Of a stretch of 64,000 nucleotides of DNA, positions 11,062 to 20,771 are shown in pieces (position 1 is the stretch's first letter; the number at the start of each line of letters is the position of its first letter). The notes beneath the pieces were generated by a model. It ran no database searches and was not told the origin of the DNA. It saw only the letters and a program-made list of their open reading frames with translations. Origin of the DNA: Candidatus Bathyarchaeota archaeon (GTDB taxonomy: Archaea > Thermoproteota > Bathyarchaeia > Bathyarchaeales > Bathycorpusculaceae). Both the position numbers and the translations under genes were made by a program. Location: positions 480,001 to 544,000 of the forward strand of contig CAVYES010000005.1 in assembly GCA_963767735.1 (NCBI GenBank), given 5' to 3'.

Positions 11062-12379
11062 GTCTATAACTCCTTCCGCGAATTATTTTCTCCCCGAACA
11101 ACTTTTCCATATAGGGGACATAGATATTATCAACCGTTTTCTTCTTAAGCCTGACTCTCTCGTCAACATTCTTCAGCCAAAAGTTGTGACAATCCAACCC
11201 ACAGTAACCCGTTGCCAAAACCTTCAAGGCCCCCTCCAAATCCAAAGTCGCTGGCTTATGCCAACCAACATCAACTAGCTTTTGATCCCAAAAAGGAATA
11301 TCAATTCTAATAGGGGAATCACGCCTGTCAAACAAAACATAAAAAGACGCAATAGCGGGAAACTCTGGAATCCCCGCAATAACCTGCGCCGCCTCATCCA
11401 CAAAACCCTTACCCACCTCTCTAAGGGTGTTCGGAAAATTCTTCCTCACATAAGACTTCGGATCTGAACGCGATTCCTCCAACCTCCTAGCCAACCGCGG
11501 TGAAGGCCCAAGAAGCAAAGGCTTAGTGTAGCCCACTGACCCAGAAAAATTCATGACCAGCTGGTAATCAGGCCTAGAACGCGCCAACTCATCAAAAACC
11601 AATCTAATCGTTTCCAACTTCTCGCCATACTTCTGCCTAAAACGCTCAAACTTATGCAACCCCAAAGTCGAGTTGTCCACAACCTCCATAAAAAGAGGCT
11701 TCAACATCCGAGCATCATCATCCTCAATTTCCAATCTCTTCAGATCCTCCCTAAAAATCAGGCTCAACAAATAATCCCTGAAAGAAGTGGACCGGCTCTC
11801 CTTGGCAACACCAAGCAAGAGAACATTGTTCTTTCTGCACAGATCAAGCAACTCTCGATAAACTTTGAAATAATCGAGAAGTATCAAACGCTCCTCTTCC
11901 ACCTTGGACTCAAGCGGAACATGCACCAACCGCCCAAAAAGTGAACCATCAATCAAAATCATGCCACACCCCAGACCGCTCTTCAAAGCATCTATAGCAA
12001 CCTGAAACTCCAGCATCTCCATTTTAACCGAAATAAACTCTCGCTCAGCAACAGAACCGCCTTTAGAGAAAAAGACGTCACTCTCAAGCCGCTTATGCTC
12101 TATTTCCCTGCAAACCGCTAAAGAACGGACAACATAGAAAACGCCTCCAGTTGAAAGCAGATTCGAGTAAACACTAGAATCAACAGCCATAACACTCAAT
12201 TCAGCCAAACTTGCACCAAGCTTCGCTGGATCACTTATTTCAACCCAAAAAGAAGGAAACTTTTCTCTAAAACGATTTGCCAACGGATTTGGCGTACCCT
12301 TCAAGACCTTATCTTTTACTGCATCTTTCTTGGGTGCTAAAGAAGCGGCAAACTCATCAAGAAACTCAGGCATAAACAT
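11045..12379 (-). CDS. nurA: NurA 5'-3' nuclease
   Basis: MAVDSS and ILIDGSL acidic motifs, GVAKES, C-terminal L..VDERV. Overlaps herA. Confidence 0.85.
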   Translation of the reverse strand: MFMPEFLDEFAASLAPKKDAVKDKVLKGTPNPLANRFREKFPSFWVEISDPAKLGASLAELSVMAVDSSVYSNLLSTGGVFYVVRSLAVCREIEHKRLESDVFFSKGGSVAEREFISVKMEMLEFQVAIDALKSGLGCGMILIDGSLFGRLVHVPLESKVEEERLILLDYFKVYRELLDLCRKNNVLLLGVAKESRSTSFRDYLLSLIFREDLKRLEIEDDDARMLKPLFMEVVDNSTLGLHKFERFRQKYGEKLETIRLVFDELARSRPDYQLVMNFSGSVGYTKPLLLGPSPRLARRLEESRSDPKSYVRKNFPNTLREVGKGFVDEAAQVIAGIPEFPAIASFYVLFDRRDSPIRIDIPFWDQKLVDVGWHKPATLDLEGALKVLATGYCGLDCHNFWLKNVDERVRLKKKTVDNIYVPYMEKLFGEKIIRGRSYRRVRFP

Positions 12380-12495
12380 ACCAACCTTAAGTCATTACAC
12401 ATTGTTGAAACAGAATACTACCGATTATAATTTAAGCGTATTTTCGTTTATGCTCACGCAATAAGCGGCATTTTTCTATCTCTTGAGTTCCGAAT

Positions 12496-13097
12496 TTACT
12501 GTGCTATTTGGCATTCTTTGTAATCTGCGAGGCAAGACTTTTTCCATTCAGAAGGCGTAAAAATCAGCCCTCGCTTAGAGAATGAATTAAACCTTTTTCC
12601 AACATTTATCATGATTTGGTGTTCAGTTACAATCGTGTCAAAGTCGAAACTTGATATTATCTTTACGCTCCCTTGAAATAATGCCCATAATTTTCATCAA
12701 CTGGAACAAAGGAGACTTTTCCTCTCAAGCGTTCGATCGGCAAGGTCTTATTCATTCTTGTTATGTTTTTCAAATAGACCCCATGATTCAAATCTATATA
12801 TTGTTCGTGAGATAATCTGTCAATCTCATCTTTGCATAGGGTAACAAACACAGAAGCAAGTGCAGCTGTCCCAAGAAACCGTTTTCCAAATTCTCCAATT
12901 AAATAGAAAACAATCCCATCATTTTCTTTTAAAGAACTTATGTTTGCCACTTTCCGCCCGTCAGAAGTATATTCTCGTAATCCCCAAAAGCCCTCAAGTA
13001 TCCTATGGTTGTAAATTTCAATCCCTTTTCTGTGATATTTCTTATTTTGGTCGTCCTTGACATTAAAAATCAAGAAATCTACCAATTGTTTTAACAC
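12496..13097 (-). CDS. EVE/PUA-like putative modified-base binding protein (apparent frameshift ~12677)
   Basis: FWGL...ISSLKENDGIVFY...FLGTA pattern. ORF 12663-13097 continues in another frame as QGSVKIISSFDFDTI to a stop at 12496. Confidence 0.55.
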
Positions 13098-14778
13098 AGC
13101 TTTTCTTAATCATAATAGTCTCAAAAATTTTCCCATGGATAGGCATTTTTTCTAAATCATGCGGCTCAAATTTCATGAGTCCACCAGCATATAACCGATA
13201 TCCCGATTCTTTTTGAACCCAATCAGCAACAGAAAAGTTCAGAACCTTGGTCAGTTCAACCAAGTCTTTAACAGAATATTTTTCTGGAAAATTAAGATAG
13301 ACTCCAAGCAGATTGGTAAGGATATGCACACGTGCTTCATTCACGACGAATTTTGGTATTCCTCTAAACATATAAGTAAATAGCAAATCAGGAGCCCTTT
13401 TTGGTGTCTTTACACTATACCAAGGATCCCTTGCTTTTGACGTAGCCAAAGTATGTAGTCCGAGCGCTTCTCCATCTCTAATATATTGCTTCAGAGTACC
13501 ATGCAAGTCATCAAATTTTATTTTTGAATCTATTGTAAGTAGATAGCATTGCTTTTTTTGTTTGCTGAAATTGTCCATTCTGTCATTGGTAAGAATTGCA
13601 TCGATGAAATCAATAGAAACCTTTGTAGGCATTATTTTTCTTAACCACTTTTGTGGAATAGCAAGTGAGGAAACAGAATCTTCTGTGAGTATGAAAAAAG
13701 CATTCGCTCCTGTTGATATGCCTCGATGGACTGAGGCTAAATCCTTTAACGTAATCGCATTCCTTTTCTTAGTTGCCACTTCTTCAGGTAATTTGGTTTC
13801 AGCTTTTTCCTCTACTGACTCAAAAAATATTACACTCGCAGCAGAATTAACAGCAAGTGATTGGGAAAAATCTCTTCTACTCAAAGGTCCGATAAAATAA
13901 TCATTTCTATCATTATAGATACCCATTTCGTCTATCGAAAACCTTCTTTCGAGACTTGAAAATAGTTTTGAGCCATACCCTGTTCGTCTCATCTCCGAAG
14001 GTAAAATAAAAGCCATTTTTCCTTTGTCGATAAAAGTTGCGGATCTGGCTAAGAAATACGAATGAAGCCCAGCAAGATTCGTTAGCCCGAGCAATTTGCT
14101 CGTTCGGTTTCTTTTTCCAAGTCTGTGAAACCTAACAAACGGTGGGTTAGAAATAATCACATCAAATTTGCTTATGCAAAGTTGTTCAAAATCGGTCCTC
14201 GATAATTCTAAGAAATTGCTATAAAAAATTTTCCATGAACATGGAGCCTTAACCCAGTCAAGGGATAAAGCGGCAGAGAGAGCAAGAAGGGGATCATTTT
14301 CCACGCCAATATAATGCATGGAGTCAGCAATTTCAGGATAAGACTTCAAAATCATAGTTGGAAAGATACCTGTTCCTGTTCCGGGTTCCAATATATTTTG
14401 TCCGTTCTTCAAAGCTAAGCGGTTGATGGTTTCTATCGCAACTTTTTGAGGAGTAAAATATTGTCCATGGTTTTTTCTATATTTTAATTCGGTAGCGTGT
14501 TCAAACAAAAAACTCAGTGTACTCGATATTTCAAAAGGGTTTGGCGTGGTTTTATGAAAAAGTTGCAACATATCTTGAAGATCTCGGGTAAACACCTTTG
14601 CGGGAAACGTCGGACAACAGACAATTCGATTAAGCGTACTATTTGTGCTTAGAGCAAGGAGCATTTGAGGGAGTAACCATTTGTCTTTTTCAACAAACCC
14701 TGTTAGTTCTATCAAAGAGCGATTTGCACCATTATTCTTGAAGGTTGTTGTCATTTTATGGCTCTTCCAAAACACCAT
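13063..14778 (-). CDS. N6-adenine DNA methyltransferase, gamma class with C-terminal TRD (likely start ATG 14754)
   Basis: GQYFTP (motif X), EPGTGTG (I), GVENDP (II), ISNPPF (IV), RGISTGAN.FF TRD-type motif. Confidence 0.9.
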   Translation of the reverse strand: MVFWKSHKMTTTFKNNGANRSLIELTGFVEKDKWLLPQMLLALSTNSTLNRIVCCPTFPAKVFTRDLQDMLQLFHKTTPNPFEISSTLSFLFEHATELKYRKNHGQYFTPQKVAIETINRLALKNGQNILEPGTGTGIFPTMILKSYPEIADSMHYIGVENDPLLALSAALSLDWVKAPCSWKIFYSNFLELSRTDFEQLCISKFDVIISNPPFVRFHRLGKRNRTSKLLGLTNLAGLHSYFLARSATFIDKGKMAFILPSEMRRTGYGSKLFSSLERRFSIDEMGIYNDRNDYFIGPLSRRDFSQSLAVNSAASVIFFESVEEKAETKLPEEVATKKRNAITLKDLASVHRGISTGANAFFILTEDSVSSLAIPQKWLRKIMPTKVSIDFIDAILTNDRMDNFSKQKKQCYLLTIDSKIKFDDLHGTLKQYIRDGEALGLHTLATSKARDPWYSVKTPKRAPDLLFTYMFRGIPKFVVNEARVHILTNLLGVYLNFPEKYSVKDLVELTKVLNFSVADWVQKESGYRLYAGGLMKFEPHDLEKMPIHGKIFETIMIKKSCVKTIGRFLDF

Positions 14779-17581
14779 CTATTATTTCCAAGAGCTTAGT
14801 CTGATTTACACAATAGTGAAGCCATTGACGCAGATCAGGATGACAAAGGATCCTAACAGGAGAAACTGATTCAAGAAGTGCGTCCTGTGCTTTATTTAGA
14901 CTCTCTGCTTCAGAAGGCAGTGTGCTTGGGTGATAATAGGTTTTCCTTTCAAGCTCTGGCATGTAAATTAAAGGACGCTCAGCATTAATTCGTTCTACAT
15001 TAGGAATGTCGACTAATATTGCAAGCTTATCTGAAAATACTTTTTCGATATCATCTGGGCATGAAAGGGATTTTGTCTGTATCTCTGAGGCTTTTTTCTC
15101 GATCAGTTCTTTAATACTTGATTGGATTTTTTCACTCAGTTCTACCCTTTTTGGCCAAGGTAATGCATTAAGGGTATTAATTAGCTTCTTATTGTGATCG
15201 TTACGAGGTATCGTTAAGACTCTTTTGTATAGTTCTCTTTTTTGGATCATGTTGATGAGAGCTATTCCACGGGAATCATCAGATAAGCCTTTTATCCATT
15301 CGAGCATAAGCCAATCTGTCCATGAAATGCCGGGATACCAATGTTTATCTTGAGAAACGTGAGGCTTATCCGCTTCTAACATTTTGAACGCATCATTGGA
15401 TTGTTTTTTGCCCTCAACGACTTCTTTAGAAATAGAAGATTTCTTAGAAATTTCAGTATTCCAGGCTAAGTTCTCAAAAGGTGGAGTGAGGTTCATTAGG
15501 AAAGTAATCAGTCTTGCTCTAATTCGCTTTATCTCGTTCTCTCCAGCTGTTGTGAATACTTCATCGGGCAAGAGCATGGTGGTAGCATATTGCAGCATTG
15601 CTTTCGAGATTCGAGAAGTATGATGCCAGTAGACAGAGGAATAAAGAAGATATCGAGCGAGACTGAATGCATCTGCACTCGCGCGACCTTTTTCATAAAC
15701 GCCAATCGTTACTTTGTGCTTAGCTCTTAAATGCTCAGGTATGGGAACAGCTGTTATGACTCTCAGTAACCGTTCAATGTCAAGTTGGCTCCCGTAAGGA
15801 ACTCGGCATTGAGCTGAATCTCTTATTATGTAGTCAGCCTTATCTGCGTCTATAGGTCCATCGATTAAAGCTGAAAGCATATCCGCTTTGAAGTCTCTGG
15901 TTTCTGATTCACCTAACTGACGACCTGAGTGTGCCCTGAGAATCTTCTTTAAGCAACTTAAGTTAACATTCCAACAATCTTTTCCCTCAATTATTTCAGC
16001 CAGAGTTCTGCCATCATCATCTTGTTTTGGATTTGATAGCAACTCAATCGAAATGCTGGAATGCCCAAAAATCTTTGGGACTACCTCACCAAGGTCATGA
16101 GCAAGAGGAAATTGCCCAAGGTCATGTACGAGTGCTGCAATTAGAACACCCTTAAGATATTGTTCGTCTACCACATTACGGAAGATGGGGTTTTGAGAGT
16201 CATGGAATAAAGCATTAACATAATTGGCAGTGTACGTATAAGCACCAAGGACATGATCGTATCGGGAATGATCAGCGGTTGGATAAACCAAAGAGACAAG
16301 ACCCAATTGGCTTATCATTTTTAACCTAGCAAGCAAAGGATGTTCAAGAAGCTTTCTCAATCGAGGAGTAATGACCGTATTTAAGTTGGGAACAACTCTT
16401 ACCACATTTTTAGCATAGATTCCTAATTCTGCGATTTTATCTTCAGGATTCCATGATCCAAGTTCTTTCTCGAGATCAATTAATACATCGTATAAATCAC
16501 TATAGAATATTGTTTTGTAGTCATATGATTGAAGACCAGGGAATGTCTCAGTTAATAAGTCTTGATCAACTAATCCCGTTTGGCTCCTTTTGCTTTCATT
16601 GGCTCCATTTAGAAGTCTTGTTGCAAGAAAATGTATGGAACGGAAAAGTGGTCTTTGGGGAAAATCATTTCTATGAGATTCAGAAATTATTGATAGTAAT
16701 TCTAAAATTGATTTTCCGATCGCGTAGTAATCCAAGTCTTTGGTAAGTTCTTTTCCTTTTACACCGCATCTAACTCTATTTGAAGATGATTTATCTAAGA
16801 ACTTTTCCTTTAGTCGAGGATCGGCGTAATAACGAGTAACAAAAACCTCAAATGATTCATTACTTTCAGGATTAATCTTTTGTGCCGATCCATAATCTAT
16901 TAAGAATAGATGCCCTTCTCTATCCAAAAGTGCGTTATCTGGTTTAACATCAAGATAGATGTAGCCTTTTTGATGGGTGTAAATAAGTGCTGATATCCAT
17001 TGATGTATCGCAAATATCAATTTCCTCATTGAATCATCAATGGCTTCCGGAGATATTTGGGCTTGATCTGAAAGTGCTAAAGATAGAGCATATTTTTTCA
17101 GCGTGACATTACCTTGTATGAAAGGCATTACTATGAAGGATAAAGAACGAAATTTATCACTGGCAACTTCAAAGTGGCCCACATCTAACGCTTGGATTAT
17201 ATTTGCGTGATTAAAAAGTGGAAGGATCTTACGCTCAGTCTCGACCATCGATGTAGGTTGACCATCTATTACAGGAAGCAGTTCTGGGGCTAAGGGTCGA
17301 TTAAACTTTAGAACGAGTTCTTGGCAAGAGATATTTCTGTGAATAGCCTTGAAAACAACGCCACTCCCACCCACAAAAAGTGGGGAAGTCATCGTACAGA
17401 TAGAATAATGGTTGATGTTAATCTGTTCATAAAGTGTTTTTAGGTACTCGACGAGGTAATTTTTTTCTTGCTCAAATTCCTTTTGCCTTTTTTCACCATA
17501 CAACTTTTTGATCTCTTCAAGCCAACGGTCGATCTCCGTTAATTTGTCCTTGTTTGGAACATCTACATGCGATTCAGCCAT
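14756..17581 (-). CDS. Fusion: Ser/Thr protein kinase + SAMHD1-like HD phosphohydrolase
   Basis: Kinase: GGSGVV, VLK, YLDVKPDN, DYG, DYYAIG. HD domain: RLKMISQLG, HSRYDHVLG, HDLG.FPLAH, DADKADYIIRD, VYWH. Confidence 0.88.
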   Translation of the reverse strand: MAESHVDVPNKDKLTEIDRWLEEIKKLYGEKRQKEFEQEKNYLVEYLKTLYEQININHYSICTMTSPLFVGGSGVVFKAIHRNISCQELVLKFNRPLAPELLPVIDGQPTSMVETERKILPLFNHANIIQALDVGHFEVASDKFRSLSFIVMPFIQGNVTLKKYALSLALSDQAQISPEAIDDSMRKLIFAIHQWISALIYTHQKGYIYLDVKPDNALLDREGHLFLIDYGSAQKINPESNESFEVFVTRYYADPRLKEKFLDKSSSNRVRCGVKGKELTKDLDYYAIGKSILELLSIISESHRNDFPQRPLFRSIHFLATRLLNGANESKRSQTGLVDQDLLTETFPGLQSYDYKTIFYSDLYDVLIDLEKELGSWNPEDKIAELGIYAKNVVRVVPNLNTVITPRLRKLLEHPLLARLKMISQLGLVSLVYPTADHSRYDHVLGAYTYTANYVNALFHDSQNPIFRNVVDEQYLKGVLIAALVHDLGQFPLAHDLGEVVPKIFGHSSISIELLSNPKQDDDGRTLAEIIEGKDCWNVNLSCLKKILRAHSGRQLGESETRDFKADMLSALIDGPIDADKADYIIRDSAQCRVPYGSQLDIERLLRVITAVPIPEHLRAKHKVTIGVYEKGRASADAFSLARYLLYSSVYWHHTSRISKAMLQYATTMLLPDEVFTTAGENEIKRIRARLITFLMNLTPPFENLAWNTEISKKSSISKEVVEGKKQSNDAFKMLEADKPHVSQDKHWYPGISWTDWLMLEWIKGLSDDSRGIALINMIQKRELYKRVLTIPRNDHNKKLINTLNALPWPKRVELSEKIQSSIKELIEKKASEIQTKSLSCPDDIEKVFSDKLAILVDIPNVERINAERPLIYMPELERKTYYHPSTLPSEAESLNKAQDALLESVSPVRILCHPDLRQWLHYCVNQTKLLEIIDGVLEEP

Positions 17582-17738
17582 TTTGATCCCCCTTAGACAG
17601 TCAATTTGTTGGATCTTACCTATATCTTATGCGCAAATCTGATATACGGAGGGGACCGTTTTGGAATTATGCAAAAACTTACACAGCACTTGCACAATCT
17701 AAGACTTTCTTTGCCTCTAAAAGGAGTCATAGCAAATT

Positions 17739-18686
17739 ATGGGTTTTAATAAGAAACTTAAAATTACGAACACAGAAGACTATGTTAAACACTTAACAAT
17801 TATCGAAGACATTGCTTATGTAAAATTGATTAGACACATAATCGCTCAACTTAAAAGTGAGCAAAAAATTGGAAAAGGTATCACCGTTTTTGGCAGATTG
17901 ATTTATTTAACGTTGCCGTGGGATGCGACAATTATAGGGGACATTCACGGAGATCTAAAAAGTTTGGTTCGTATATTAGATGGTAGCCTGTTTTTTAGAA
18001 GCGATAACTCTTATCTAATATTTTTAGGGGATTATGGGGACAGGGGCCTTTATTCACCTGAGGTTATTGCTGTTGTTCTAAGGCTGAAAGAGGCATTCCC
18101 CGACAGGGTCATAATGTTGCGAGGCAATCATGAAGGACCACAAGATATGATTCCGTTCCCCTACGATTTACCAATGCAATTTCAACAAAAATATGGATTG
18201 GAAAATGGGAACAAAATTGTGGTCGAACTACGCAAACTCTTTGATTATCTCTACAATATCGCGATAATAAAGGACAAGGCGGTACTAATTCACGGAGGGT
18301 TCCCGAGCGAAGCAAATAGTATACAGGATGTGGCTTTTGCTCATAAGAATTTTGAAAATACAAATATGGAAGAAATGCTTTGGAGTGATCCTCATGATTG
18401 CGTAAGATTGACCAAATCATCCCCTTGCGGGTCTGGCAAATTTTTTGGCAAGGAGATTACTGAGAGGTTTCTCAAAATGCTTAGTGTTAACGTTCTAATT
18501 CGCGGACATGAATATTGCAAAGAAGGTTTTAAAATTAACCATGACGGAAAAGTATTAACTTTATTTTCAAATATAGGGTCCCATTATGGTAGCAAGCAGG
18601 CGGCATATCTAGAACTTAAGACAACTGATAAATTTGAAAATGCATTCGGGCTCGAAAAAAATATTAGAATTTTAAAGGATGATTAA
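17739..18686 (+). CDS. PPP-family Ser/Thr protein phosphatase
   Basis: GDIHG, GDYGDRG, LRGNHE, HGG, LWSDP, IRGHE, TLFS signature motifs. Confidence 0.93.
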   Translation: MGFNKKLKITNTEDYVKHLTIIEDIAYVKLIRHIIAQLKSEQKIGKGITVFGRLIYLTLPWDATIIGDIHGDLKSLVRILDGSLFFRSDNSYLIFLGDYGDRGLYSPEVIAVVLRLKEAFPDRVIMLRGNHEGPQDMIPFPYDLPMQFQQKYGLENGNKIVVELRKLFDYLYNIAIIKDKAVLIHGGFPSEANSIQDVAFAHKNFENTNMEEMLWSDPHDCVRLTKSSPCGSGKFFGKEITERFLKMLSVNVLIRGHEYCKEGFKINHDGKVLTLFSNIGSHYGSKQAAYLELKTTDKFENAFGLEKNIRILKDD

Positions 18687-18999
18687 TAATCTAAGTGTGG
18701 AGTAATGCTGAAATCGCTATTAGCTAGGGCATGTTTTGGTTTAATGCGTTGACCTCATCAGTTACGGGGAAGCGCTCAGTGCGAAGAAAGGAATTCCCTA
18801 TGTCGTAAACGCGATTTAATTTGAAAAACGCATTTTTGATTAAAAACGTTTTTATGAAATAGGATCTTCGTATCTTCACACCGAAGGTTTTTCTAAATGA
18901 AGTTTTGACACCGCGTAATTATCGCGATTTTTATGACTCGCCCTCTAGAATTAATCGTTTTAATACTTGAATCGATTCCGCAGAGAGACATTAGACGAA

Positions 19000-20583
19000 T
19001 TAGTCTAACTCTATGAGGTTAATCACTTCGTTAATGTTTGAAAAATAGATATCTTTCCTTGTGGTTGCTATAACAATTTGTGTGAAATTGTTTCTTAATT
19101 CGCTTAAGAGATTTAGAAACTTCTTGATTCGTTTTTCGTCGAAGCAAATTATAGGGTCCTCCAGAATTAGTAGATTATTTTGTCCTAATTCTTCCAATGT
19201 GCCAATTCTTATAAGCATATTCAGGAAACCTTTTTCGCCTGCGCTCAATACATCAAAGTCTGTTTCTACATCACTATTTTTGAACTTAGCCATGACTTGA
19301 TCTTCTGTAATTTTAAGATCGATGCCTACGTCTATTTTGCCCAAATACCTGTTTACTCGTTCAGCAATTCGTTTAAGAGTTATTGAGATTGTAGAATCCA
19401 TGGCGGTAACTGCTAAATTTCTTAGAGATTCAGAAATTAGATTTTCTTTTTTGTAGTTTTCCAAATCGAGAGTGTAACTTTCAAGTAGCAGCTTTGTTTT
19501 CTCTTGTTCTCTTAAGAATGTGGATGTCAAAGCTAAATCATGTGAGATACGTTCAAGCCTTGAAATATGAACTACAATGTTTTTGCGCTCTTCATCTAAT
19601 TGATATGATAATTTCATTCTTTTCTCAGATAGATTATCTTGGGCATCTTTTTGATAAGCGATTATTTGATCTATGAATTTTTTGAAGTCTTGAGTTTGAT
19701 TCAAAAAAAGGTTGCTTCTACTTTGGTATTCCCCGTAAAAGTCATTCATATACTTGTCTTCAAAGAGTTTTTTGAATTTATCATCAGAAAAAAGAAATCG
19801 AATTTTCTGTTCAAAGCGGTCAATTTGTTTTAATTCATTTTCTATGTCTGCTATTGATTTAGCTCTTTCTCTTTCCTTAACTTCTTCAGCAATTTTCATG
19901 TCCTCCAGTCTTCTCAGGGTTGCTTGTTTTACTTCTAACTCGCCATCTAATTTGCTCTGTTCTTCTTCAAGTTCTGCTATTTTTTTATCTGTAATACTTA
20001 TTTCAGCCAATTGCTTTTCTGATTTGCTAACCATGTCGTTAAGAAGAGATTGTTTTGATTTTAGGTATATCGAGAATGATTTCATGTTATCTAAAACCAT
20101 TTGAGGATTCCACTGAAGACGATAAGCTGATAATATTTGACGGAATCTTTGCTGATTTAAGTCAGCCAAGTCTTGTCTTAGGTTATCGATAAACATTAGC
20201 TCATAGAATACATCCTTAGAAGGGAGATTCTTGTCGATTTTTGACAAATCTGTTACTGAGATTTCTTTGCCGTTAAAAATCGTTTTTTGGTTCGCAATGC
20301 TGTTAGATAGCCTTATTTCTCGCGATATCTCAAGTTTTTTAGAGTTTGACATTGTTAGGCTAACGGTAGCAAGATTTGATCTACCTCTAAGACCATAATG
20401 TAAATTGTCTCGTAAATTAGTACCTGAAATGGGCTCGCCATAAATGGCATAACCGATTGCATCAAGAATAGTGCTCTTCCCAGAGCCGTTTAACCCCATG
20501 ATCAAATTTATTCCTGGCTTGAAAGAGAATTGCGCTTCTTCAAATTTTCTATATCCTTTAAATCGAATACTTTCCACAATCAT
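19000..20583 (-). CDS. Short Rad50/SMC-like ABC ATPase without zinc hook
   Basis: GLNGSGKS Walker A, coiled coil, LSAGE signature, atypical LILEDP Walker B. Confidence 0.8.
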   Translation of the reverse strand: MIVESIRFKGYRKFEEAQFSFKPGINLIMGLNGSGKSTILDAIGYAIYGEPISGTNLRDNLHYGLRGRSNLATVSLTMSNSKKLEISREIRLSNSIANQKTIFNGKEISVTDLSKIDKNLPSKDVFYELMFIDNLRQDLADLNQQRFRQILSAYRLQWNPQMVLDNMKSFSIYLKSKQSLLNDMVSKSEKQLAEISITDKKIAELEEEQSKLDGELEVKQATLRRLEDMKIAEEVKERERAKSIADIENELKQIDRFEQKIRFLFSDDKFKKLFEDKYMNDFYGEYQSRSNLFLNQTQDFKKFIDQIIAYQKDAQDNLSEKRMKLSYQLDEERKNIVVHISRLERISHDLALTSTFLREQEKTKLLLESYTLDLENYKKENLISESLRNLAVTAMDSTISITLKRIAERVNRYLGKIDVGIDLKITEDQVMAKFKNSDVETDFDVLSAGEKGFLNMLIRIGTLEELGQNNLLILEDPIICFDEKRIKKFLNLLSELRNNFTQIVIATTRKDIYFSNINEVINLIELD

Positions 20584-20771
20584 AGAATTCTCTCCAATAA
20601 TGCCATATTTTTATGAATAATTTTGTCAGCTTCCTCAATTTCGCCTTTGTTTAGGGCGTTAATGTAAGCCGACATTATATCCGCAATTTCCTTTCTTTTG
20701 TTCTCAGGGATTTCCGGTAATTTTTCCTGAAGAATTGACAATAGAAGACTCTGGAAACTAAATTCGCTCAT
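20580..20771 (-). CDS. small helical protein (63 aa)
   Basis: 4-nt ATGA overlaps with both neighbours, indicating translational coupling. Confidence 0.7.
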   Translation of the reverse strand: MSEFSFQSLLLSILQEKLPEIPENKRKEIADIMSAYINALNKGEIEEADKIIHKNMALLERIL

